The notes beneath the pieces are model-generated. The model saw only the letters and a list, made by a program, of their open reading frames with translations. It did not search any database and was not told where the DNA came from. A program made the translations under genes and the position numbers. 64,000 nucleotides of DNA. Origin: the human T2T-CHM13v2.0 reference genome, Homo sapiens. Of the stretch, positions 23,432 to 38,013 are shown piece after piece. Location of the stretch: the NCBI RefSeq assembly GCF_009914755.1, contig NC_060946.1; one strand, 5' to 3'. Within the stretch, counting starts at the first letter, position 1, and each line of letters starts with the position of its first letter.

Positions 23432-23799
23432 ACTAGATCACCTGCCATCAGTGTTGAGAGGATGCATGCACTACTAGATCACCTGTCATCACTGCTGAGA
23501 GGACATGCACACAACCGGATCACCTGCCACTACTGCTAAGAGGAAACATGCATAATGAGATCACCTCCCATCACCTCCCATCACTGCTAAGAGGACACCT
23601 GCACAACCAGATCACCTCCCACCATGTCTAAGAGGACACGTGCACAGCTAGATCACCTGCCCTTACTGCTAAGAGGACACACACAGATCACTCACCTCCC
23701 ATTACTGCTAAGAGGATCTGTGCGTAACAAGATTACCTGCCGTCACTGCTAGAAGGACACCTGCACAAACAAATCACCGGCCACCGCTGCTAAGAGGAT
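23432..23799. repeat. Diverged minisatellite, ~41-bp unit, about 9 copies
   Basis: Consensus approx. ACTAGATCACCTGCCATCACTGCTAAGAGGACACATGCACA repeated head to tail. Confidence 0.92.
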
Positions 23800-24164
23800 A
23801 TAATCACTCAGTACTCTGGGAAGTGGGAAGGAAGGGGTGGGGAAAGTGCCCACAAGCTAGCTTGGGAAGTGGAGCAGCGAAGGCGCAGCCTAACACAGCA
23901 CAAATCTTCCACAACAGCAGTCTTCATTCCTAAACCCAGAACCGCCAACTAAAACAATAACCCTGACATGCAGTGATGCCAGCTTGCCTCCACCTGGGCC
24001 AACCTGGGCTTTAACTACAGGGCTTCCTGCACCCATGAGACCTTCCCACGTGACACAGGGCTTGGCACATAGCAGGTGTTAGTGAGAACGATGGGGTGGG
24101 GTTAAGTGGGAGCAGCCTCTACTCTCTGCAATGGTTAACATGTACAAGGATAAACGGCCATGGC

Positions 24165-24400
24165 GCATACAACTTATTCTCAAATGGTTCAGAAAAAAGC
24201 AATGTGTGTGAGTACACAGATATGCACATACACATGGAAGATGAGGGATAAGGCAAATAAGGTAAAATGCCAACAGTAGGGAAGCCTCAGCAAAGGATAT
24301 GCAGGTGTTCTCTGCACTCACTTTACTCTTGCAACTTTTCCGGGAGTTTGAAATTATTTCCAAATAAAAGTTTTCTTTTTGTCAAGAAAAAAAAGGAAAA
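24165..24400 (+). mobile_element. L1MC-like 3' end
   Basis: caacttattctcaaatggttcagaaaaa...cttgcaacttttcc...tttgaaattatttccaaataaaag. Confidence 0.7.
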
Positions 24401-24689
24401 TTCATTAGCTAGTGAAGGTAGAAAGTATATTACATCACTTTCCAACTAAAAAAAATGAACCTGTTAACCCAAAAGCCAAATCTACCAGTGGACAAACTCT
24501 ACAAAGTGTCACAGTACTGGCTACAGAGGAAAGCACTCCAAACTCAGGAGGATTTGGCAAGGCTAGGTGCAAGCTCACCTCTCCAGCTACTTCTGAACCT
24601 CGGTCACTTTTCCTTGTGATGAAAATATGCACTCTCTCCCTATGCACCAAACCCCTGTGCTACTTCACATGAAAGAAAACTCTGGACTC

Positions 24690-26374
<1,685 letters not shown>

Positions 26375-27737
26375 TCAAGTACAGCAAGCACTTGCTGCCC
26401 CATAACTCCATGAAAGGCCTTCCACCCTGCCCTGTACCAGAGAGGAAGCCCAGGTGGCTTGGCATCATCTTCAGGGACCCCACCAGGCAGGAGTCAGAAA
26501 ACACCCTCCTGAGAAGTGGGCTCTGACTGGTACCTTCCTCATACTCAAGTATGCTTTTAAGGCCGGAATCCCCACAGAAAGAACGCAGACTAAGACCAGA
26601 GAAGCCCCAGCCTCTTGCAAGCACCAGCCAGGCAGATCCCTGCAGCACTCTCAGGAAGGACACATGGTGAATGTGTGAAGAGGCACACGCGGGCATACAA
26701 GGAACACATCAGGCCCAGAGGCCTGCCCTCCCTGCCCAGCCAAAGCCAGGAAGCCAGCTGCAGCTCCCGGGTTCTGCAGGGCAACTCAAGACGCCTCCAG
26801 GGGTAGCTGCAATGTTCTCATCTGGAGAGTCATGGAATCGAAAGAATAAGTTTGCTCCCTCTACCAGATCCACCCCACCCATGCCCTACTCCGACCTCAG
26901 TGTGAGGTCTCCTGTGACGCCCTCACTGCTTCACAGGTACAAAAAGATGGCCACCTCCACCCACCTCTGGGACCCCACACTCCAGGGTATTCAACACACA
27001 GGAGTGTGACAAGTGACTTACACCTGGCCTCTGTTCCACATCAGGCACTCCTAAAAGGAGGGGCTTGTTCTTGTCACTTGGATTCCCTAGGGATGGGCAG
27101 GGGGCAAGCACCCACAGGCACTTTCTCAGTTGCTGCTGGCCAGTTGGCAGGCTATGTGAAAAGGCTGGCAAGGAAAAAGGAGTCGGGGACGTCAGTCACC
27201 TCTATCACCCAGGCAGGAGATGCTGGGCCTGGAACCAGAGGCACCCCAAAGAAGCCAGGCATAATATGGCCTCACCTGAGCCCGGTGACCTCATCTGCAA
27301 AACTGGGACTCAAGAATCAGAAAACGGTGACCTTCTACCTCTCTACACGTACATATATGTTTTCTAAAGAAGTTAATCACAAGAATCCACAAACCCATTG
27401 GTTCTGACCTCCAAGAGCCTATATGATACCCTCCTCCACAGGTAGCCCTTTTCCTGGCTTCTGTTCTTACCAAGGCCACCCCACAACTAGTCATCCCGCT
27501 GCCCAGAGAGCAGCCAAAAGCAGTGAGCAACTAGCTCTACATGGGGAGACCAGAGAAGCATCACTGAATCTGTCCAGGTTGAGCACCGGTCAGGGCCTTG
27601 GCCACCAGGCAGGCACTAGGGAGGAGGCAGACATTCCACACAGATGACACAAGCGCAGAGCCAAGAGGTGCGGTGTATCTGGGCTGGGAGCCTGGCTAGG
27701 GCACAGGAGAGGGCCACACACCCCGTGCTCCCACACC

Positions 27738-28000
27738 CAGGTCATCAGAGAAGATGGCCCTGGCACTTCTGCCTTCATGGGACCTTTCCTCCATTAAGAA
27801 ATATTAAGAGTCATGCTTTTTCACTGTATTAGTATAAAGATGACTGTATTAATATACATACGAAAACATTTTATTTGACCTAAAAGTTCATTTTTTTTCT
27901 GCTGACTTTAAAAAAAAATAAAATAACATTCGAAGGCTACTAAAAGTACCGTGGGCAAGTGATACCAGGATTCCTGTGCCTGATGGATACATCGGCCCTG
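27738..28000 (-). mobile_element. MER96B-like hAT DNA transposon remnant
   Basis: AT-rich core gacctaaaagttcattttttt and terminus ctgtgcctgatggatacatcggccctg resemble the reverse complement of the MER96B consensus as remembered. Confidence 0.6.
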
Positions 28001-28149
28001 CATTTAGGGAGTTTGATTTTTTGGTGCAGTTCAAGGGGAGGTACACCGAAATAGGTAGAAAAGGGTCTCCTGGTTGCCACGGTTCTGATTCCCCACCACA
28101 GACTTAAGAACACACTAGCTCCGAGGGGAGTTCCAAAGCACGGACTCAT

Positions 28150-29550
28150 TCATCACATACACGCAGCACGGCTAAGGGCCCCGCACAGTGGCGAGGTCTC
28201 TGCTCCCGGGACGCTCGCGCCGGCCACACAACGCTAGGCTGACTCCTGGTGCCTCCTCTAGGCCCGGTGGGACCTGAGGACTTCCTTAGCGCAACGTCTC
28301 ACTGAATGACAGCCACAACCACCGCTGTCCAGGCGAGGAGTTTCCAGGACTGAGAGGCTGGCACTAGGCCACTGCTGGGAGGACGTCTGTGAAACCAGGT
28401 GCCCCTGAGAGCCACTGTCCCCAGCCCGACTCCGACGCTGGACTGGCGAGAGGGTGCGCCCGTGGCGTAGCTCCTGGCCGCCGCCGCTCCCGGGAAGGGC
28501 CCAGAGGCAACATCCTGGACAGCAGAGCTGCACGAAGTCCGAGGCGCCGCGAGCCCAGGTAAGCTCCAGCAGGCGTCCGCAGAGAGTGCCAGGCGGCCCG
28601 CGAGCCAGGCCCCGCCCGCCCCTGCCCCAGGCGCGGCCCCTGCAGGAGGGCGCCGCGGGTGAAAGGAGGTCCCGGGGCGACCCCGGCCCCGCTCGCCGCC
28701 CCGCCCCCACACCGCCCCCATCGCGCGGCGCACCTGGCCGCAGCGGCTCGGTGACAGTGAGCACGAGCAGGAAGAGCAGCAGGAAGGCGCCGCTGTCTGC
28801 CTTGGGCACCATTTATCCTCCGTTCATCGTCCCCGGGGCGGCTGCGTGACCCCGCTGGGAGGCCGGACCGGGCCGGACTGAGGGTCAGGGGACCGTGCCA
28901 AGCGGAGGGTCAGGCGGGGCTGAACCTGGGCGAGGCGCGGAGAGGCGGCGGGAAAGAGCTTCGGCTGGGCCGCGGGCTGGCGCACACTCTCGGCTGCAAC
29001 CTCAGGCACCGACTCCAGCTGCGCGCAAGATGGCGGCCGTCCTGCTCGGCTCCGCGCCGCACCGCCCCGCCCCGCCTCCCGCCCGCGACGCAGGCGCGGG
29101 CCAATGACCGTCAAGATGGGGGGCGGGGCCAGAGCCAAAGCCCTCCGAAGAGGGTGAGGCCTAAGGTCGCGACGGCGGAGGGCGGGGACCTAAGGGCGGG
29201 GACTGAGGGGCGGGCTCTAAGGGAAGGGCGGGACCATACGGAGTGAGGCGTGCCATTGGTTAAGCAGAGAGGCAGGGCCGGGGCCGGGGCCTGAGCGGCG
29301 GGGCCACCGAAGGGAGTAGGGTCTCTGGACGCCGGTTAGGGACGGCGGGCGCGGGACGGCAAGGATGGACATCGAAAGGCGCGGGGCATGGGGCGGGGCG
29401 CCGAGGGGTCGCGCGGGTGGGGAGCGGAGAGAACGAAGTGGGAACCTGGCTGGGACTCCAAGGGTCTTCACACCTGCAAGCTCAGGTCCCGTGAGCAGCC
29501 CAAAAGTGCGCCCCGAAGGGGTCTTTTTAAGGCCGAACCGCTGTGGAGGA
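28150..29550. promoter_or_regulatory. DGCR2: DGCR2 CpG-island promoter: YY1 motif 29026-29037, CCAAT 29101-29105, multiple GC boxes 29060-29400
   Basis: High CpG density around exon 1; CAAGATGGCGGC; repeated GGGCGGG. Confidence 0.85.
28734..28812 (-). CDS. DGCR2: DGCR2 (IDD) coding exon 1, signal peptide; remaining exons lie beyond the left edge of the window
   Basis: [26 protein letters not shown] matches the DGCR2 N-terminus; 79 nt, phase-1 donor CAG|gtgcgc. Confidence 0.96.
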
Positions 29551-29813
29551 GGGAGGGCCTGCCGGTTCTGAGGGTGGGGAAAGAGGAACAGGAATGGCCT
29601 AAGAGAGTGTCAGGCAAAGAGAGACCGGGAAGGCCAGGTCCTGGAGACTGCAGCGAAGCCGGCTCCCTGGAGGACCTGCCTACACAATGGCTAGGGGAAG
29701 GCCACATGTGCAGGAAAGAAAGCTAGGCAGAGAGGAGGCTCAGCGCCCCTGCGAACAGTGCTCCAAGTGCCACTTCTCCCGTCATCACCAACAGGGTGAA
29801 CCTTGGAGGGCAG

Positions 29814-30951
<1,138 letters not shown>

Positions 30952-31481
30952 GGAGACAGTAGTTGGGGTGTCCCCAGCGGGAAGGAGAAGGAGGCTGTCT
31001 GGAAGGAGGAGAACCAAGAATGCACAAAGGCCTGGCAGTGGGCAGTCAGCGTTAGGGAAGAAGGTGAAGGAGCAGAGAAAAGGGGGAAGGGCCACGGCAG
31101 GTGGGGACCCAACCCAACATGAGTGACAACCAGCCCGCCCTACCAAGTCATCCTGAGGGGCCCAGGGTTCCACTTGGCTCCTGTGAGAAAGGGGTGCTCA
31201 CTCCCTCTAGGTGGATGAGGCCAAAGTCAAATCCAAGGCTAGGATAGTCATGTGACTCCTACTCCCCTAGGGCATAGCCCAGAACAAGTGCTGGACACAG
31301 AGCCTGGCACAGCAGAGGGGCTCCACTGCCAGAAAAAACAATGGCCACACTCTCCAGTGCTGCCCCTGCTGCTTGTACTGTCCTCAGAGCAGCCACCAGT
31401 GCTCAGGGTGGCATCCAGGCCCCGCCTTTAGCCCCCAGCCCCAGATCTGCCCTGGGACCCAGCCAGGGGCAGAAAAAAAAC

Positions 31482-32284
31482 TAGTTCATTGAGTGCCAGG
31501 GAGCCCTGCCCAAGGACATGGCGTGCAAGATGTTCCACCAACTCTCCTCAGCCATTAAATACTGCCACGACCTGGACATCGTGCACCAGAACCTCAAGTG
31601 TTAGAACCTTCTCCTCGACAAGGACTTCAACATCAAGCTGTTCTACTTCAGGTTCTCCAAGCTCTGCCTGCGGGATGACAGTGGCCAACAGAGATTAAGC
31701 AAGAACTTCTGCGGGTTGGTGGCATATGCAGCCCCCGAGCTGCTGCAGGGCATCCCCTACCAGCCCATGGTGTATGACATCTGGAGCCTGGGCATGATCC
31801 TCTACATCATGGTCTGCAGCTCCATGCCTTACGACTCCAACATCAGGAAGATGCTGCGTATCCAGAAGGAGCACCGCGTGGACTTCCCACACTCCAAGAA
31901 CCTGACAGACGAGTGCAAGGACCTCATCTACTGCATGCTGCAGCCCGACGTCAGCCAGCGGCTGCACATCCATGACACCCTCAGCCAATGCTGGGTGCAG
32001 CCCAAGGCACAGGGACTGCCCTCTATGGTCTTCAACAAGGAGGGGGAAAGCTCCCAGGGAACTGAACTCTTGTGGACCCCTGAACCTGGCTCTGCCAAGA
32101 GGTCTGCCACTAAGCTGGAGCCTGGGGAACAGACACAGCCCGAGGGACAGCCTGAGACAAAACCTGAGGGGTTGGCAATGCAAATGTCCAGGCAGTCGGA
32201 CATCCTAGGCTTCCCCAGCAAGCCGTCGACCAGGGAGAAAGAGGAAGGGCCCCCCAGCAGCCTCCAGAGATGCGCACCTAGTGA
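31482..32284 (+). pseudogene. TSSK1A: TSSK1A unprocessed pseudogene, 5'-truncated testis-specific Ser/Thr kinase
   Basis: Aligns to TSSK2 from about codon 100; HRD->HQN, in-frame TAG 31602-31604, DFG->YFR, one-codon deletion in YDDS; C-terminus ([18 protein letters not shown]...[17 protein letters not shown]) is TSSK1-type; 1-nt frameshift near the end. Confidence 0.93.
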
Positions 32285-32460
32285 GCCGTTTGTGGCCCAG
32301 TGTGCCAGCGGCGAATGAGATGGAGCTCACGCCTTCAGGCCCAAGCTCTGAAGAAGTCAAGGCACAAACCAGAGAAGGAAGACAGTCCCGGATGAGCCGC
32401 TGTTTTCATCAATTTCTTCTCTCTCCCCTTGAACTTCATAACCGACATTGCTAAAGGAGC

Positions 32461-32466
32461 AATAAA
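32461..32466 (+). terminator. Retained poly(A) signal of TSSK1A
   Basis: AATAAA ~180 nt after the ancestral stop. Confidence 0.65.
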
Positions 32467-34977
32467 TCACTATATTAATGCAGATGCCAAAGTGAATGTC
32501 TTTGCCTCAACTGACTAGTCCTGGGCTCCCCTCCACTGGTTTCCCACTCAGATTGTGCAATGATTCCTCGTTCGCTTGGGAAAACACATCCCAACGTGCC
32601 CAGTCCAGACCATGACCTCAGGCCCAGGCTGGGGCTGGGGCTTGGGCTGGGGCTGGGAGAGACCTGGAGGGGCAGGGGCCAGAGCTGAAAGGTGAGTGAG
32701 GAAGCCGCTGCCTCAGAAGGGACGCCCCCAAGTGCGGTGCTGGGGTCGGGAAAGGGCAGGGAGAGGACAGGACCAAGAAGCGTGCCGAGGTACCCCTGTA
32801 GAGGAGCGCAGGCTTTATCTGCAGTTGGGACTGAGGGTCTGGGCAGACCTCTCCAGCCCCACAAGGCTGCCAGTGGGGGTTGTGGGAGGCTGCAGAGGGC
32901 AGGTGGCCAGCCTCTCAGCCACTCCTGAGCTCCCTACCCTGCTGGGCAACTCGTTCATTGTGCTCTGTCCATCAGAGGCCCCCTGTGTCCAGCCAGCACC
33001 CAGCTTTCAACAGTGCCGGGGTCGCCGCACCCTGTGGTCATTCTCTAGCCCGGGAGAAATAGGAGGCTCTGCTGGATGGCCCAGCCACACTCCAGCCTGA
33101 GCATGTCCCACAGTCTTGTGTGGTCTTGACCACATCTTGTTGTCCCCGTCCCAGCCTGTCCCAAGGGACGACACCCCTGCATTAGAAGTTGACACTGGCA
33201 AGTAGGATACGACAGGCAACCACAAAGGACAAGCGCTTTCAGAATTACCTCTCCCATGGCCTCTAAGTGGATGGGGCCAAAGTCAAACCCAAGGCTAGGA
33301 CTGTCATGCGACTCCCACTCCCCCAGGGCGGGGCCTGAAGCAGGTGCTGGACACAGAGAATGTCAGAGCAGAGGAGCTCCACTGCCAGCAACATCGATGA
33401 TCACTGTCCACAGTCTACCTATGGTCACTTCTCTACCTCGGGAAGACCCCAACCTCAGTCCCCTTGGAGAAGTAGGGTCTAGTGAGAGCCTGGACTGGCC
33501 CTCCTTGCGCTCTTCCCCAAGTCCACCTGCCTCCTCATGTTCTCACAGCCCCCTTCCACGTGGTTTAATTTCAGGCCTCCACCCCAACCCTCCCACCACC
33601 TCCGACAGTGTCCAGAGCCATCCCCCACCAGCCTGACTCCCACTGCCCAGTGGGGAGGAACCTACCCTGGCCTCTGGGGTCCTCCTGTGGCCCAGTGCAT
33701 CCTCCCCTGGCCTCTGGGCACCAGGCCTCACCACTGCGCCCCCATCACACACACGGCCCATAATCATACAGGGAACTCGCCCCTGCAGACTCTGTCCAGC
33801 TCTCCAGGCTCAGCTGAGAGGCTGAGGCCTCCATAAAGCCTTCTAGGGGTTCTCAGCAGCCTGCCACTGTGTACTCTGCCAACAGGCCTCAAGGAGCCAC
33901 CCTATTTTTCCCACCAAGAAACTCATGGTGGAGAGGGAGCCCAGAGTGCTGGGATGGGGGCCCGGGTGGGACATCCTGAGAAATGGCTCTTGGGGCCTCC
34001 TCCTCAATTATCCCCACGGACCTGCGCTGGTCCTCAGGGCAGTGGCTGGCAAGCAGGTCTGGGAGCCTCACTGTAGCTCAGCCAGGTAAGCCCGGGTGGG
34101 AGGGGCTGCAGGAGGAGTTCCTGCTCTGAGCTTTACAGCTGGAAACAGCTCAGAGGGAGTGGGCCACCTGTCTGAGATCACACTGCCCAGGGCAGGAGTC
34201 CCAGGTGACGCCTCCACAGGTGGCCTCGCCATGCCGGGCGACTCCTGTAGGTGGCTCAGCCCTGGCTCAGACCCCTTCAAGGATTCTCAAAGGTGCTAGG
34301 ACCAGGACCTCAACAGGGCCCTCCATGGCCTGTCCGTGCTCCTGCCAAGCCACATCCCTTCAAACCGTCACATGTAATAGCTATCCTCATCCCTCTCCAC
34401 CTGGCTAGTTCCTCAGACCTCAGCCTTCCCCAGCTTCCCAAAGTCCAATCCCCAGTTCCCTGTCCTCACAGCACCATGGTTCTGATGCGTGGCACAGCCA
34501 CCATCGCGCACACACACTTGGTGTGATTGAGCCTCCCTCGCCTCTGGGCTCCAGGACGGCATGGGTGGTCTAGCTCATCAGTGTACCTCGGCATCCAGGG
34601 CAGACCCTCAGTGCTTGGGGGACAAATAGGTAAAAAGGTGTCTACTTTATAAAGGATAGGAAGGTTCAGAGAGAAGTGGATTTCTCAGAGTGTGCAGGTA
34701 CCTTGCTCACAGGACTGCAACCCTAGGAGCAACGCTGGAGGTCCCCAAGTCAAATCCAAAGCTCTCTGTCAAACATACCAGGAGTGCCGGCCCTGTGTGT
34801 GCATCCTGGATGAAGCGGCCCGCTCCATGCCCGGGCAGTTCTGCCTCTGCAATGTTGACACCTGCCTCTTCTGGCATGTCCCCCAAGAACCAGAGAGACC
34901 CTCAGGAGGTGAAGAAGTAGAATGCACAAAAAGAGGGAGAAGGCAGTGGTAGAGTCTGGGAAGAAGGCAGATATGCA

Positions 34978-35285
34978 GCCAGGGCACGGTGGCTCATGCC
35001 TGTAATCCCAGCACTTTGGGAGGCCGAAGCAGGCAGATCACTTGAGGCCAGGAGTTCGAGACCAACCTGGGCAACATGGTGAAATCCCATCTCTCCTAAA
35101 AATACAAAAATTAGCTGGGCGTTGTGGTGCTTGCCTGTAATTCCAGCTGCTCGAGAGGCTGAGGCATGAGAATTGCTTGAACCTGGGAGGTGGAGGTTGC
35201 AGTGAGCCGACATGGTGCCAGAGCATGACTCCATCGAAAAGGAAGGGGAGGGGAGGGGAGGGGAGGGGAGGGGAGGGGAGGGGAG
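34978..35285 (+). mobile_element. Alu with right-arm deletion and (GGGGA)8 tail
   Basis: Alu motifs; TSD gcagatatgca on both sides. Confidence 0.92.
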
Positions 35286-36826
35286 GAAGCAGATATGCAG
35301 AGAAGTGTCCCAGATAGGGCATTTGGGGGAGCAAAGGAAAGGGTCAGGGGGTGGTAAGTGGGAGGTCTCATGCTCCTGGGTCCTGGCCTGCAAATTTTCA
35401 TAGCCAGCCCCTTCTAGGACAAAAAGGAGTGAAGTGTTGGTCATTTCAGCCATAGAGGCTCCCAGGAAAAAGGAAAGCATCAAACTAAAGCTATTAACCA
35501 CCGATGCTATAAAGAGCTTCGGGTGGGACTCTGGGAGGCTGTCACTGCTGGAAGGCAGTCACTGTAGGCACGTCGGCCCACCCTGCCCATCTGAGCCTCT
35601 CTGCTTAGCATCCTGACTTTGGCTGCCCTGTTTCTGCAATCCTCCCTAGTGACCTCCAAACACAGGGTGCTCCCTGTGTACTCCAGATGGAGTGGGTCCA
35701 CACAGCCATGCCAGGGCCAAGATGTCACATCTGTCTGACATGTCCTGCCCCTCTTGTCAACCCTGTGGAGTCTGCTGATCCCCAGCACCCCAGCTCCAAC
35801 ATCACTTCCTCTTTGAAACCTTCCAGGACTAAACCCCACCTGGGAACAGGCCTTCCTCCCTCTCCCCTAAACACTGAACACACAGCTCATCTGTCCCAGC
35901 TGCTCCCTGTGAATCCAGGATGCCTGTGATGGATGACAAATGAACATCAGTCCAACGCACCTGAGGAGACATGTACAGGATGCCACATTTCCCAAAGCAC
36001 AAATCCACACACCAGCACTGAAACAGGATGTTCACACTGCAGGTGCAAAAGGCAGCCCGAGACGTAAATGCTACCCAATGTCAGGGTTCCAACAGGCGAC
36101 TGCTGCTCACTCCACACAAAGGCCCAAACTGATGTGATTCAGAACCCCCTCCTCACCCAGGTGCCTGGTCTTTGCAGTGCATGGCCTGGGCGCTCTCAGC
36201 CCCAGGATTCCCCAGCACCAAGGCCCATCCACTCACAGTCTAGCAAACAAGACTAAGACCTGACCTTCTCTGTCTCCTGCTGATCCTGAGGCCCACCCTG
36301 GCCCAGCCTCTTCTCATTTGGTCAAAGGCACTGGCCCCCACTCTCACCTCAAAGCCAATTCTACTCTCTCTGTCTCTCTCTCTCTGCCACTGACCATCTT
36401 AAAACACAACTGGGACGGCCCTCCTCCTGTCTTGCACCTGCAGGGGCAGGCTGCCGCTTAGAGAAAAAGCCGAGACTCCTTCACTTCCCTCCTACTTCCA
36501 GTCACTTTCAGAAAAAGCCCTCTCTTCTCCCAGGCTCTCTGCTGCCTGGGTGCCTTCCTGCCGCCTCTACCCAAGGGAGGCCCTGCCCCACCCCTCAGAC
36601 ATGCAGCCACCTGCCCTGGACCCTGGGCACCCAGCTGGCATGCACTGCAGCCCCGACCCACCCATACACAGGCCCTTGCTCGCTGGAGCAGCAGCGACTC
36701 ACCTGCCCGGCTCTCTACCCTGAGGGGCCTGCCGCCTCTGCTCCCAAACACAGAGCTGCTTTCGTCTACCAGGCTTGGCACCACTGCCAGCCTGACTGGT
36801 CCAGGGCAGTCCCTCCCAGGTACCAC

Positions 36827-37516
36827 TGTTCCCAGAACCAAGCCAGGTCCAGCTGCATTTTCTTGAGGCCCAATAACGAGAAGCAGACAAACTAGGAAAG
36901 AAGGGAGTTTATCACTGTAACTGGATACAGGGAGAAGGCTGGAGATAATTCCAGCAGACCAACTCAAAGTGCTACAATTTTCTTACTGTTTATATAGGTT
37001 GGGGTTATGTGCCTACATGCAGTACAGCAATCACCTAAGTCTACTGGTAACTAATTTTGTTCCAAGGAGAAGGTCAGAGGCAAAAAAAATGCTTGCTAAG
37101 TCCGATTAAAAGGGGCCCAGTGCCTTCAAGGCCTGTCTACTGTGGTACCGGAGTGATTATTTCGATTGTATCTCCTTTACAGCTTGGTCCAGAGAGCTGC
37201 CTTAGACTATCCAATTGATCTATTCAAACAGCTGCCTGTTCCCTTAACTTGTCTTCAGATTTTGTCGACCCGAGATGGGTCCTGGCACTAGGAATGTAAA
37301 ACCGTTCCTATTATTTTGGCTTGCTCCAGCAAAAGAGAAGCCCATGCAAGGCTCCTGCTGACCATGTTTCATTTCTAGCTTTGATGTCTGGGCACTGATT
37401 TCCCTAGATTTAACTATGTGCTCAATGGTAAGGCAGTGCTGTGGAAATCTGTCTGTGTAACTGGGGTGCTATGCAGGCCTGTCTGGGTGACTGTCAGGGA
37501 CAACTGTCCTACCACA
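36827..37516 (-). mobile_element. ERV1-type solo LTR (MER72-like, family uncertain)
   Basis: TG...CA bounded ~690-bp AT-richer block with near-TSD ccac/ccaa; reverse strand begins TGTGGTAGG...GACAGGCCTGCATAGCACCCCAGTTACACAGACA. Confidence 0.65.
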
Positions 37517-37815
37517 CCAAGGACACAGCCCTGGGGGTGCTTTTCTTCATAGCCAAAGAAGCTGCAGGAAACCCACCCTAGTGGGACAAAGACCAATGCA
37601 GGGTCAGTCCCCACAGCCAGGTGATGCAAACAGGCTGGACGTGGGCCGCCTCCCCTCCAGCTTGACTTGTGACAGGGAAACCAATGCAGCAGCAGCAGGG
37701 CCACCAGAGTCCTGTCCTGGGGACAGGCTTCCTTCCAGCGGGCGGGGAGTGGGTGCTCCTGCCAGACCAGCCTGGCTTCCACGGTTCCAGAGACCCTGTT
37801 CCCCCTCAGCCCAGT

Positions 37816-37972
37816 CCCCGCCCCCACTCCTTGGCTTTATGAGTTCATTGGCTGAAGTCACCCGGAGACAATGCTGAGTGTTCCACCCCTGAGTCGAAGC
37901 CCAGCCCAGGGCAGCCCAGCCAGACGCCTCCGGTAGTGTAAATGAGGACAATGCCTGCTGGCCCACATGACG
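37816..37972 (+). promoter_or_regulatory. TSSK2: Putative TSSK2 proximal promoter: GC box 37816-37825, inverted CCAAT 37847-37851, CRE-like TGAAGTCA 37853-37860, half-CRE TGACG 37968-37972
   Basis: Motifs seen within 200 bp of the ATG; CRE-like sites are typical of CREM-driven spermatid genes. Confidence 0.5.
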
Positions 37973-38013
37973 GGGGGATGTAGACGGCAGCGGCGCCAGT
38001 CGCTCCTGGCACC

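Noticed and set aside
23432-23799. CRISPR-like appearance of the 41-bp repeat
   Set aside because: Contiguous diverged units with no unique spacers, no cas genes, human context
28258-28733. Extension of the DGCR2 exon 1 ORF to 184 aa
   Set aside because: Read-through past the GT donor at 28733 into GC-rich intron
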